From Podarcis pityusensis (taxonomy: Eukaryota), in the NCBI GenBank assembly GCA_964106645.2, contig OZ067043.1: DNA of 64,000 bases. The stretch is one strand, 5' to 3'. This document shows, one piece after another, positions 26,633 to 38,820 of this stretch. How positions within the stretch are numbered: position 1 is the first letter of the stretch; each line of letters opens with the position of its first letter. The notes beneath the pieces were generated by a model, which made no database searches, was not told the DNA's origin, and saw only the letters and a list, made by a program, of their open reading frames with translations. Both the position numbers and the translations under genes were made by a program.

Positions 26633-27480
26633 TGCAGCCGGTAGTGTCCCCTCCTCCTATCTGAACTGTGCACCTGCAGGTTGCTGCTGGCGAGAACCGG
26701 GCTCCAGGGAGTTGGGGCTGGGGCGGGGGGTGGGGGGGCGAGAGAGAAAGGGAGGCTAAGAGCTCATCTAAAACTCCAAACTCAGCCAAACCCCTCGGAG
26801 CCTCTCCCCAAATATCTCCCCTCTCCCAAAATCCACTGCCCCGGCTACTGGGGAGCTCTGGGAAGAAGGACTCCGGACCTGAAGGGTGCAAGGCAGCAGC
26901 CAGCCCTGCCTTTAAAGAAGGAGAGGAGACTCCAGAGCAGCTTCCTCCCTGCCTTGCAAGCGGCTGTCGCACATTTTGCCTGTCATTGAGGTCGCAAAGA
27001 GACGCTTTCCGGCCGCCACGTGACTCGTCCTTCTGTCAAATGCTCGCAAGTGGCCGGGCCGGGAGGGGGCGGGGAGGCCGGGAACGGGTTGTGTAAGGAG
27101 CGGCAGAATGAGCATTGCAAGGAGCAGCAGGGCAGATTGCACCGGGGGCGCCCTTGGCTCCGCACCGAGGAACTGGCCTAAAATGGTGCAGGGGAAGAAA
27201 GGAAAGGCTGGCGCGGGCGGGCGGGTTTTTCCCTCCGCTGCCTCTTCCCTCCTGCTTCCTTGCAGAAGGGAAGGGGGCGGCGGAGGAGCTGCAAAGGTGG
27301 GCTCGGCAAAGAGCTGCTGGTGGTGGAACTGCAGGCGCAGGAGAGGAGGGTTTTGTGGTGCGCTTTCAGAGGAGCTGTCGTAAATTCACGTGCTCTGTGT
27401 CCTGTGCCACGGGGTTACTGTAGTGTAGGCCTTCTCCAGCAGAGAGAACGACGAAGACTCTATACCCGGAAATGCAAGAG
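26600..27480. promoter_or_regulatory. CpG island / FAF1 promoter and 5' UTR
   Basis: GC- and CpG-rich. E-box CACGTGAC (27017-27024, USF/TFE-type), GC box GGGGCGGGG (~27066) and ETS-like TTCCGG directly upstream of the FAF1 ATG. Confidence 0.85.
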
Positions 27481-28399
27481 AAACTCCCAACAACTCAAGC
27501 CTATATGCGTGTTTCTAGGAAGCAAGTAAAGGGTGCAATCCTGTTCCCAAGGAGCACCGTTACTCCAGAAGCTAGTATGGCTTCTAAGTAAAATTCAGTG
27601 AGTATTATTTCCAAGTAGGAAAGGTTGCAGCTTTGGGGAACGAGGGGGCGTTTTGTTCTTTTTGCTAAATGTGTAGAGAGCGCTTTATAAATTGTGGATC
27701 TCAGGGTGGCTTCAGAAGCCACGTCTTAACTAGAAGGTGTAAGGATTGCCACTTCTTAGGATTGCCTAGCCTGCATGGTGGACATGAATTCCGTAGGTGA
27801 TGCTTTTCCCTGGCAATGCAAGCTGATGGGAACTTTACCTGTTGAATTTTTGCATGTTGAGTAGCTTAGAAAGGAGCAACAGCCCGTTCCTGAAAAAAGG
27901 TGGCAACTCAAGGTGAACATGTGTGAATTTAGCTGTACCAATCACTACCAAACATCTAGCCACACCAATCTCTTGGTGTCTTCCTACAGGGGTGGATAAC
28001 CACACCCATCTGTATCTTATGGATGGATCAACATGTATTGCATATTATTGAATGAGTGTCAGATCTAAATTAATATTGAGACATCCACGGGATTACCATG
28101 CAGTGACTGTAAAGCACTAACACAAACTGCAGGGAAAAGGCAGTCATTCTCATCATAAAGTGGCTGTATCTAGAATTTATATATATGTGTGTATATTTCT
28201 ACTTCCAGCACTGTTTTTCTGGCCAGAACCAGAGTTAAAGAAGATACAACATTCTGATTCTTAAGTTTTGATCTGGCTGAATCTGAGGCCCTTCATGTGT
28301 CCCTTCCACATAAGGTCTGGAAGGCTGCAACATAAGAACAGGCCTTTTCAGTGGTGGCTCTCCACTTGTGGAATGCTCTCCCCAACAATTGCCAGGCAT

Positions 28400-28512
28400 C
28401 AGTGTTTTTTTCTGGGGACACGCATGCCCCTAAACATTTTGTGAATCTAAGTTTCACTTAGGAAAATGAGAGTACCCTTAAACGTGTTTTTTTTGGGGGG
28501 GGAGGAGCACTG
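28400..28512. mobile_element. hAT MITE (same family as 22501-22674) inside an L2 3' remnant
   Basis: Shares CCCCTAAACATTTTGTGAATCT and AAAATGAGAGTACCC blocks with the 22501 copy. Flanks read AFSVVALHLWNALP, an L2-type motif. Confidence 0.75.
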
Positions 28513-29075
28513 TCTGGCACCATCATTAGATACCAGGCAAAAACATACCTTTCTCATCAGGCCTTTGGCTTTTATTTATCTGTGGCCTTTTTGCATAGGT
28601 GCGTTGTTTTTATCCAGCTTTTTAAAAATAAAATTGTCTTTCCAATTTTCTAAACTGCTGCTTTTAATGTGTGTGTGTGTGTTTTGCTTAAAATATTATA
28701 AGTTGCTTTGATGTGTTATGGCAAGACACTAAAAATAAATAAATGACTACTAAATTCCTGATATTCCCCAATTCAGGAGTGTGCCTTGGGTCGTTATGGT
28801 ATTTGTTTTTTGATAGCTGCACTAAAGACTACTACTGTGACAATTCTCAAGATGACTCAATATAACCTAGCTTTAAGTTAGACTTTAATAGTGGTGACTG
28901 AAAAAGGAGGAACAATGAAGTACTTAATCAGAACCAAGCCCACAACCTATTTTCAATACCAGATCTCATGTCTGGAATGTATAAAGGAATGTATAAAGTG
29001 CCTTGGTGTGCATTATGCTACTAATACCAGTACCCAGACATACTGAGAAATTACATGCAGGTTTAGTCAGAGTTA

Positions 29076-29349
29076 GGTTTCGGAAGGACAGATCGTGAAG
29101 CTGAGGCTCCAATACTTTGGCCACCTCATGAGAAGAGAAGATTCCCTGGAAAAGACCTTGAAGTTGGTTAAGACTGAGGGCACAAGGAGAAGGGGACGAC
29201 AGAGGACGAGATGGTTGGACAGTGTTCTCGAAGCTACAAACATGAGTCTGACCAAACTGCGGGAGGCAGTGGAAGACACTAGTGCCTGGCGTGCTCTGGT
29301 CCATGGGGTCACGAAGAGTCGGACACGACTAAACAACTAAACAACAACA
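29076..29349 (+). mobile_element. RTE-BovB LINE 3' fragment
   Basis: KLRLQYFGHLMRREDSLEKTL...RRRGRQRTRWLD...WRALVHGVTKSRTRL, (CAA)n tail, 11-bp TSD AGTCAGAGTTA (29065-29075, 29350-29360). Confidence 0.95.
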
Positions 29350-30504
29350 AGTCAGAGTTAAGTCACACTGATGCTTGGAGCCATAGGCCCACTGTACTAC
29401 AGTGGTTCTGGGGGAATTTAGTTACAAAAATCAAAAGCTGTTGATTCTGTGACACTTACTTTTACCTAAGTGTGCTAACATAGCTTTGCACTGCAGTCCT
29501 AAATGAATTAATGTGGAAGTAGATTTCTTTGATATATTTAAGTTCAAATAATTGTGGATTTCATTAGTTGATTGTGCCCAAAGTCTTCCTAATATTCCTG
29601 ATATGGCTGGTGGCTCCTGTCAAGGCTCTTGTCTCACTGTTGAATGGTAAGATACATAGAGTCATCGACACAATCACTCCTGATTGCCCTCAGTGTTGCT
29701 GTAGAGAGCACATAGATTGCCTTGGTATTCTAGTGACCTGCATGTGATGAAAGAGGAGCGTTGGTGGCTAGAGCACAGGTGGCATAAGACTCAGTCTGAA
29801 CCTGACTGAAAACAGATGAGACTACACCATCATACCTACTTCAGAGCTTACTTCTCTGCCATCAGTGCACCTGCAAGTAGCCATCCAGCAGAGCTTTTCC
29901 AAGTGGTGAATTTTGCTAGTTTGCCTCACTGAAAAAGTGGGACATATATGCATGAGTATGCCAGTTTATACACTAATTCAGATTATACTGCCCATTTTCC
30001 AATTGTTGCTCCTTTAATTTCATTGCTAAATGACAGCTCACCTTTTGGATTGTGATGAAAGCATCTTATTATTTCACATCTATTTCCTGACAGCTTTCAG
30101 TGAGACCTGGATTTACCTGCCTAGCGAGCTGAACCTGTCAAACATAACAAAGTCACAGTCTCCATGTTTTGTTTACATGGTTATTATATTCATGTATGCG
30201 CTGTTAAGATATAACTAGCATTAAGCAAAGAGTTACTACAGCAAACAGGAAAATCTTTGTGCTTGGTTTGCTTGACATCTAAATAATGTATCTCTTTCTG
30301 ATAATTTATCTAGACATTTGGAGTCCCGGGGAGCAAATATGAGATATCAGATGCACACACTTTCCTGTGAGTAAGACAGGTTTGGGCACAAACACACTTT
30401 TCTGGGATCAAATCCTATTGAACTCAACGGGATTTGCTTCTGTGTAAGATTGCAGTACCATGGAAAGGGTCATATTTCAGTGAAGGAGTACATACTTTTT
30501 GAGT

Positions 30505-30860
30505 TAGTTATTAAATTTATATCCTGCCTTTCCTCTCAAAGGAGTCCAGGGCAGCAAACATCAGTGTAAAAACAATACGATTAAAAATAAAACGGCAACA
30601 TTTTTTTTAAAAAAACCTTATAACAGTCAGATACTTTCACAGCAATAGTTTCAAGGCCGCCAGAAACAGAAACTTTCAGCCGTCAAATGCCAGGGAAAAC
30701 AGGAGTGTTTTCAAATTCCTCCTGAAAGTTAATGAAGGGGGACAGCCACACCTCACTAGGGAGGGCATTCCAGAAATAGAGAACCACCACTGAGAAGACC
30801 CTGTCACAGGTCAACACCAACTTGGCAACACCCAGTAGCAGCAGCACCAATAGGGCCTTG
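30505..30860 (-). mobile_element. L2 LINE 3' remnant
   Basis: RVFSVVVLYFWNALPSEV...F motif of the L2 ORF2 end, with the 3' tail toward 30505. Confidence 0.7.
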
Positions 30861-30879
30861 CATGCAAAAGGTCCCACAT

Positions 30880-30950
30880 CATAGCTGTCAACGTTTCCCT
30901 TTTTTAATAATAGGATTCCTTGCAAGAAAAGGGAAAAGTTGACAGCTATG
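30880..30950. mobile_element. Minimal hAT MITE (71 bp), same family as 17448-17537
   Basis: Same TIR, 8-bp TSD TCCCACAT. Confidence 0.9.
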
Positions 30951-31165
30951 TCCCACATTCAATCCCCAGAATCCTCAGGTAGGGCTGGGAGAGATCCCTC
31001 TCTGAAACCATTGGAGAACCATTGCCAATCAGCACAGACAATATTGTGCTAGGTGGACCAATTGTCCAATGCAATATAAGGCATTTTCCTATGTTCCACT
31101 GTAATTTATCTTCCTGCTCTGCTTCAGAGTGCCACAGACATGAAGTCCAAGCACAGGGGCATCTT

Positions 31166-31354
31166 TCTTCTTCTTCTTTGGCGATCACTCATAGCTGAGT
31201 AAGATTGTCTTCCATAGACATGGTTTTAACAATGAGTCCGTAAATGACTGTGGAGGCCAATTTTGGACCCACACGTCCTTCCACAGTGGGGACATTAGTT
31301 TCCGGGCGGGAGTTGATCACGGTGTGGGTTTGCCAAGTGTGCCTTCCTCTTAGG
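31166..31354 (-). mobile_element. RTE-clade LINE 3' end
   Basis: Minus strand encodes CPHCGRTCGSKIGLHSHLRTH (C-terminal C2H2 finger) followed by a (GAA)n tail. Confidence 0.82.
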
Positions 31355-31967
31355 CATATATGTATAGGCACAGAGAGCAATAACGGGATCTCCCACTGCA
31401 GTATATGTTGCCCAGGTAAAGCGTGTACGATAATTAGAACTTCCAGTTACAGAAAATTTCTGTAACTTTAGATTCGCATTGAAGTGAACATTTCACCTGG
31501 TGTAATTTTTCATATCACTGTGGCAGGGTGATTAGAAAAGCCCTACGCGCTGTGACTTCCTGCTATGCTGCTATTAAAGATACAGAAATCCCCTCAGGGC
31601 CATGTTGAGGCAGTGAAAAATAATTCTACACACAACTGGGTTATTTGCCACCCACTTGTGTGGAATTGCTTTATGCCAGCACAGCTACCTCCAGGAACCT
31701 GTGGTGCTCGAATGGTTATTCTCCACATGACTGGGCTGGATGACACAATAAGTGGCATACAAATATTATGGCCACACCCCACAGAAGTATTTTCACAGTC
31801 TTTGTGGGGGTGGTGAAATGTTTGAATCATCTATTTGGATCTACAAATAATTAAAGGTGAAATGTCAGTGGTAGAAATATACTGATTCATACCTTCAGCT
31901 GACATGATGATCTATGAATTTGTCTTAGATAAACAAAACTTATTTGTGGAGGAGGAAGACAAAAGGA

Positions 31968-31991
31968 GATGATGATGATGATGATGATGAT
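31968..31991. repeat. (GAT)n microsatellite
   Basis: Direct reading. Confidence 0.95.
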
Positions 31992-34655
31992 AGAAATTGA
32001 TACAGAAAAACCTACCTCCTGGAACACTTAGGAACATCAGAAGTTGCCTTATACCAAAACATTGCTTCATTTAGTTCAGTATTGCCTCCACTCTCCAGAG
32101 TTTCAAACAGGTGAAATTGCCCATCCTATCTGGGTAAATGCCAGAGACTGAACCTGGGTTTTCTCCATGGCAAAGCAGATACCCTTATCACTGAACTAAG
32201 ACTCTTCCTTTTAGTGGAACTCACTTGTTTGATATGCCTGTTGCTCAAATAGACTGTAGTGATCTTAATTAAGGACAACCCTATGTTCATTTACCTAGGA
32301 GAAACACCCATTAAACTCAGTGGGGCTTACTTCAGAGTAGACATGTATAAGATTGTGCTATAAATAGCCTTGTTCTTAAATCTGTCAATAATGTGTCTAT
32401 TAAACCTTCATTGGCTAGAGCAGTGTGACCCAACTTTTCATACCAACTGGGCCACAAGAGTACTTTGGCACAGAATCTGCAGGCTGCTCACTGCCTTGTT
32501 GCACAAGGGGGAGCAAGGCCAAAATTTGATGCCCCCTCCCCTCAAACTGCCTTCCCAAAACTGTCTAAGCAAAGTGCCAGGCTTTGGGAAGGAAGCACAA
32601 GACTCTAGCAGGGTCCTAGAGCCCTCCCACCTAGTTCCCAAAGCTGAGAAAGCACAAACAGGGCTTTGGGAAGGAGGTGGAAGGACTCTGGGACCCTGTC
32701 AGAGCCCTCACGCTTCCTTCCCAAAGCCCAGCACCTCACTCACCTAGCTTTGGGAAGGCAGCATGGGGGGGGGGACTTTCATATGTTACCAAGGGCCACC
32801 AAAAATGCCTCAGGGCTGCGTGTTGGACCACCCTGGGCAGGAGCATACCTTTCATTTCTCTGCTGTTCTCTGTCCTGCATCAACATAATTCACACAAGGT
32901 GGAACTAGCGGGAGAGATTCCATGTGCTTGTTAGCCTCACATGTGAAAATGCTCTAAAGAGGTACTCTGCTACAGTAACCTAAGTTTTTCTTCTTGAAAA
33001 AGTATTAATCTTTGGGTCTCCCATGTTTTTAAATACGGGGGGGGGGGGGGCTTATGTTAGGAAGCAGATGGAAACTTTGTACACATATAACAAGTCTGCT
33101 TCTATAGCTAGTACAGTATCATTAATCCTGTCTGCCTTGGTCAATCTTCTATGTAATCTATGGTGACACAAAAGCCCCCAAGGTAAAATAACAAACAGAC
33201 ACTAGCTGATTCCGACTGTTGCAGGAATGACAAAATGCTGCAAGAGGTTTAGATTTGTTTTGGGCATTTTAATGACTTCTTGATGCTTTTATCAAGAGAT
33301 GTATACAAACCCATCCAGAATCCATATGCTTCCTGCTGAACAGCATAGGCATATGACAGAGCTGAAAACTAAAAACAGAGAAGGCAATTCAAGGTTAACA
33401 GTGCAATCCTGTTCGTGGCTACTCAGAATTAAGTTCCACTGAGTTTAATAAGGCTTGCTCCAAAGTAAATGGGTACAAGATTAAACCAGTTATGTATACA
33501 GTATATGCTCAGCAATTTGTTTTCTCCTCCACAAAAAGGGACCAGAACATAGGTTGGAGAATAAGAAGGTCCTTTGGGATCCAATTTCAAAAAAAAGGAT
33601 AATTGAAGGACAGTGGTAATTCTTGATATAAGTTTCTGTTACAGGCTTTTAGTAACTTTTATTAGAACTGACAGATGATACAGCTCTTGCCCAGAGTCTT
33701 CTACATATTTGTAGTGCCCTCCATCAGGGTTCGGCTTTAAACACATTCCGTGATATGCACAACCTGTATCTTTGTGCCAAACAGGGTATATATACTTAGC
33801 TGCAAACAAGTCCACCCACACATTATTACAAAATGGCTATTTAAATCAAAAAAATTAAAAAAGTTGAAAAGCAAGTTTTGAGAATTGGGGGAAAGCCATT
33901 CCATTCCTGTCAACCTTTAAAATTGTTGCATTGTCAACAATGTTGCAATATCATCCACAGACATCAGCTGAGGTTGAGAATTAGTCATTTTCAGTTCCTA
34001 CGGGCAACACTGAAAGAAAGCTTATAGCCATTCTAAGACATGAATGACTGAAATGGTTCCAAAATGCAAAGAATGAACTGAAATGAGGTGACTGCATAAT
34101 AGGTAAATCATATGCAGTTTTATTTTATTGTAAATAGAAATGGAGTTCTTTTCCCTCTCATTCAATACAAAATAATGATTTTCCAGAAAACAAAGGATAA
34201 ATTATTATTTACCCGTCAGAATGAGTGTGTGTGAAGAGGGTGGTTTCATCGTAATTCTCATTATTCACTGCCAGTCCCTAACCTCTCACCCAGGGCTGAC
34301 CAAAGTTATTTTGGTGTCTGAGATGGCACAGTAAATACCCCACTCAAAAAGAAAAAAGAATTCAAAGTTCATAGTACCCAAGCCTAGCCAAGTCCTGCAA
34401 CCATCTCTCCCAAGAAGTTGTTGTGGTAAAGAAGAGGAAGAATAAGAAGAAAATTAATAATGATTATTTTCATAACACCCACATTACTCTGCTTAATGGC
34501 CTCATCCCACCCCTATGGTGTCATGATGAACCCCAGGACAAAACTGTAAACCAGAGACAGAATCACCAGCCCTCTAGATGTTGTTGGACTACATCTCCCA
34601 TCATCCCTGGCCATTGGCCATGCTGCCTGGGGCTACTGGGAGTTGGAGTTCAACT

Positions 34656-34993
34656 AAGGTGTAAAAGGTAAAGGACTCCTGAATGGTTAAGTCCAGTCAA
34701 AGGCGACTATGGGGTGGCAGCAACCATCTCACTTTTCAGGCCGAGGGAGCTGGCGTTTGGCTGCAGACAGCTTTCTGGGTCATGTGGCCAGCATGACTAA
34801 ACCACTTCTAGCACAACGGAACACCGTGACGGAAGCCGGAGTGCACGGAAACCACACTGGTATGCTTTTGAACTGTTAGGTTGGCAGAAGCTGGGACAGA
34901 GCAACAGGAGCTCACCCCATCGTGTGGATTCAAACCACTAACCTTCCAATCCAAGAGGCTCAGTGGTTTAGAGCACAGCGCCACCCGTGTCCC
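34656..34993 (-). mobile_element. Sauria SINE (older copy) inserted in a hAT-Charlie-like MITE
   Basis: Homologous to 18376-18733. Splits the hairpin element that starts at about 34567. Confidence 0.85.
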
Positions 34994-35579
34994 TATCTAC
35001 ATCCAGATGGCTCCATTGGTTAGAGCATGATACTGATAAAGCTAAGGTCATGGGCGTGATCCCTGTATGGTTCCTCTAGGTCCCTTCCAACTCTGCATTT
35101 TTATGATTCTATGACCACATGTTCCCCACGACTACTGTATGTCTTCTGTGTAAGACTCATATTATATGTGTGTTTTAGTACAATCCCTAGCTGCTAGGAA
35201 TTGCCTACCAGATCAAGGTGCTCAATAAATGTTTAGTAGTGGTTGCGGTGGTCAAAAGGTGAAGTCATGTCACTGAATAAACATTTATGTGTTAACAGCT
35301 TGAGCTGTGCACATTTCTTCAGAGGTAAGTCCCAATGAACTGACTGTGGCTTATCTCCAAGTAAACATGCAAAGGATTGGTCCGTCAGTAAGACTATAGA
35401 CTTTTACTAGGAGGTAAGTTCACAGTGGAATGTCAGAAAGCTAAGAAATAATGTTTAGGATTGCACAGCAAGAAGAAAACTACTTCTTGTAGTTTTAATG
35501 CTGGTATTTGATATAGTGTGCATATACATATATGTGCACATATACATCCATAAACATATACATAAACATAAACATTACG

Positions 35580-37100
35580 TGTTATTACTTACAGCCCACC
35601 CTTCACCAAATAGTCCCAGGGCAGGTTACAAAAATGCCACGTTTAAAATAAATGCAACACATTAAATGATAAAGGAAAACTATAAAGTGACAAGATAACA
35701 AAAGCAAACTGCAGCATCGGATAGTAGTGCACAACAAGGAAGGAGATGAGAAGACATCCATGCAGCCAAAAAGTTGGGTAAAGAGGTGCATCTTCACCAA
35801 TCATTGAAAAGCATACAGTGAAGGTGTAAGATGCCACTCAGAGTAGAGGTCATTCTACAACCTGGGGGCTACCAGAGAGAAGGATCTCTTGAGCACCTCT
35901 GATCCTCAAACCACAGATGGGGGTGGCAATACCAACACAGTAGCCCCTGCTGTTCTTAATACCTGATCAGGTTGGTGTGAGGGGAAGCATTATTTCAGAT
36001 ATTTGGGGCCCAATTCATTAGGGCTTTATATGCCAAAGATAATACCTTGAATTGGATTCAGTAGCAAATTGGCAACTGGTGCAAAGCTTTCAAGACCAGC
36101 ATAATATGTATCCAGGCAGAGACATTCACCAACAGCTTTGCTGCTGCATTCTGCACTTGCTGCAGCTTCCAAACTATCTTCAAGGGCAGCCCCACATAAA
36201 GTGATGGTAATGGTGCAATCTGTAAGTTATCAGAACATGGATTGCTGTGGCCAAGCTATCCCTACCCAGGAAGAGCCATAGACAGTGAACCAGCCAGAAC
36301 TGGAAATAGGCACTGCTAGCCACGTAGGTGACAATAAGTACACCTCCCACAAGCTTTGCACCTGTTTCTTCCACGGAGTGCAACCTCATCCAGAACTGGC
36401 TGTCTCCCAGACTTTAGAACCGGCAATGAATAGTGCCTTTGACTTGTCTAGATTCAGTTTCAATTTATTGGTCCACATTCAGCCTATTACCGCCTCTAGG
36501 CAATAGTTAAGCACCTGTACTGCCTCTCCTCATTCAGATGGCATGGAGAGATAGAGCTGGATGTCATTAGCATACAGGTGGCAGGTTACTCAAAATTCCC
36601 ATATGATATCTGTTAGTGGGTTCGTATAGACGTTAAAGAGTATGGAGGACAAGACTGAACCCTGGGAAACACCACAAGCTAGCCTTCAAGGCAGCAATCA
36701 ATGATCCTTCATTGCTGCTGTCTGAAAATGGACTTGGAGGAATAATTATAACAGTGCCCCCCAGTTCCCAAACTCTGGAGCCACTTGATGATCAACAATA
36801 TCAAAATCCACTTAGAGATCAGAGGGAAGAAATAAGTTTGCACTTCCATCTTCTGACAAAGTTCACAAAGGGAATTTCAGTGCCCTATCCTAGCTTAATC
36901 CACGTCCTCCAAGCATGGTGACAATTGGATCACCACTCCCCTCAAGCAACTTGCCCCCAAAGTGGGTTTTGATGACTGAGCAATAGCTGTTCAACATTTC
37001 TGAGTCCAGGGAGGTCTTATTGAGAAGAGGACACACCACCATCTCCTTAAGGGCCAATGGCTCCATAATGAAGCATTTACCATTCCCTAACCACAAAGCT
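35580..37100 (-). mobile_element. Degenerate L2 LINE (RT region and 3' end)
   Basis: Frameshifted remnants LKEMVVCPLLNKTSLDSEMLNSY...GKLLE, a GVSQGSVLSSILFNVY-like motif and DSLATAIHVLITYRL. Confidence 0.85.
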
Positions 37101-37325
37101 TCAGCTAACTTCTCTAAGCCAAGAAAGGAATGGAGTCCGCGTCAGCCTTCCTCGGCAAATAACACTGATTGGGTGGGAACCAGGTTCTGCAATCATGAGG
37201 CTAGGGAGTTGACTTTGAGGGACAGTCAAAGAGGCAAGGGCAACGGTAATGCTTATTTTGACACAGATAATTGCCTGGACCAGTTAACTGAAGTTGACTG
37301 ACAATCAAGTGACTCTGGGGCCCAG

Positions 37326-38100
37326 GTGATTCAGATCCTCTCCTGGAACATAGCAGGCTGGAGGAAAAAGGTAAATGACCCTGAAGTCATTTGTTTTATC
37401 AAAACGTTTGACATCTTATTACAAGAAACCTGGGCTCACTATGGAATAAACTTGGAGGGATTCAATTTGTACTCCTTCCCAGCCCGTAGATCCAACATCA
37501 TGGGCCAATATAAAGCAGGACTAACCCTTCTTTGCACCCAGCAGCCTAATCTTGAAATCATTTCCCTCCAGCCATGTTACAACATTACACAGGCACTCTT
37601 ATTGAGATCTTCAAACTTGGTTCTAATTATAATCAACGTATATATACCCCCTTGCGCCAACCAGCAGACATTGATGGGCTATTGGAACCAACTCATCATT
37701 TTTGGAAAAACTGGAGATCAAATTCCCCAACATCGATCTGCTAATTGCAGCCAATTTCAATGCAAGAGTGGGTAGAGACAATTTTGAGCTTGCAAGAGAG
37801 CTGGGTTCCGACACTGAGGATCACCTGCCTGAGCTTCTCTCTGGCATAAAACATTCCAAAGACACCCATATCAATGATGCCGGAGTTTGCCTTGCCAAGT
37901 TGTGTGTACGTTTTGACAGAGTGATCCTGAATGGTTATTACCAGGTGACCAGCTTGGGGAGTTCACATTCGTCTCCAGGAGAGCAAGTAGCATGATCAAC
38001 TACATCTTAGGCTCCTCTGCTCTGATAAACCAGGTTGAAACCTTTCAGGTGGGTGACTGCATCAAGAGCAATCACCTCCCTGTGGTGCTTTATCTCAGAG
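37326..38100 (+). mobile_element. Degenerate LINE apurinic-endonuclease (APE) domain fragment, clade uncertain
   Basis: ILSWNIAG...DILLQETW...INVYIPP...IAANFNARVG...SNHLPV motifs across frameshifts. Confidence 0.8.
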
Positions 38101-38562
38101 TATCTTTGGAACCAACAGCTTTTCACCCTGCCTGCCAGCACACAATTGATCTACCTTGAAGGACAATTGTGCAATGAAGGTCATAAGCAGACTCTCCTAT
38201 CCTGCTCCTAGCATTAAAGGAATTTACAATACACTTCTGAGGCAACCTCCTCCAGTCAGCAGGGCTGTGTAGAGGGGCGATACATCAGCAACATCCCTAC
38301 TCTGTCTGTCAGACCCAACACCAGGAACAATCCTGAATCACAGAGCAATGGAATCATTATGGATGACAACTCCCTGCTCCCATCTCACTGGCCTGGTGCT
38401 GCACTGAATACCTCCCCAGTTTATTCACCCAGGTGTCAGTAAAACATGCCAGGTTGGTCCCCTCATCTATGGTCAAATTGTGGATGATTAATTACTTATT
38501 TTGGACCAACCTGGCTTTCAGTAATAGCACCACCAGACCGGGCGAGAGGTTGATTGTGTGTA

Positions 38563-38820
38563 CAGTGGTACCTCGGGTTACATACGCTTTAGGTTACATA
38601 TGCTTCAGGTTACATGCGCTTCAGGTTACAGACTCCGCTAACCCAGAAATATTACCTTGGGTTAAGAACTTTGCTTCAGGATGAGAACAGAAATCATGCT
38701 CCGGCGGCGCGGCGGCAGAGGGAGGCCCCATTAGCTAAAGTGGTGCTTCAGGTTAAGAACAGTTTCAGATTAAGAACGGACCTCCGGAACGAATTAAGTA
38801 CTTAACCCGAGGTACCACTG
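38563..38820 (+). mobile_element. Tc1/mariner MITE, family A copy 3
   Basis: TA-CAGTGGTACCTCGGGTTA...TAACCCGAGGTACCACTG-TA. Confidence 0.92.

Noticed and set aside
37326-37995. Functional endonuclease gene
   Set aside because: Frameshifts and altered catalytic motifs (ANFN for GDFN, SNH for SDH) indicate a dead LINE fragment.
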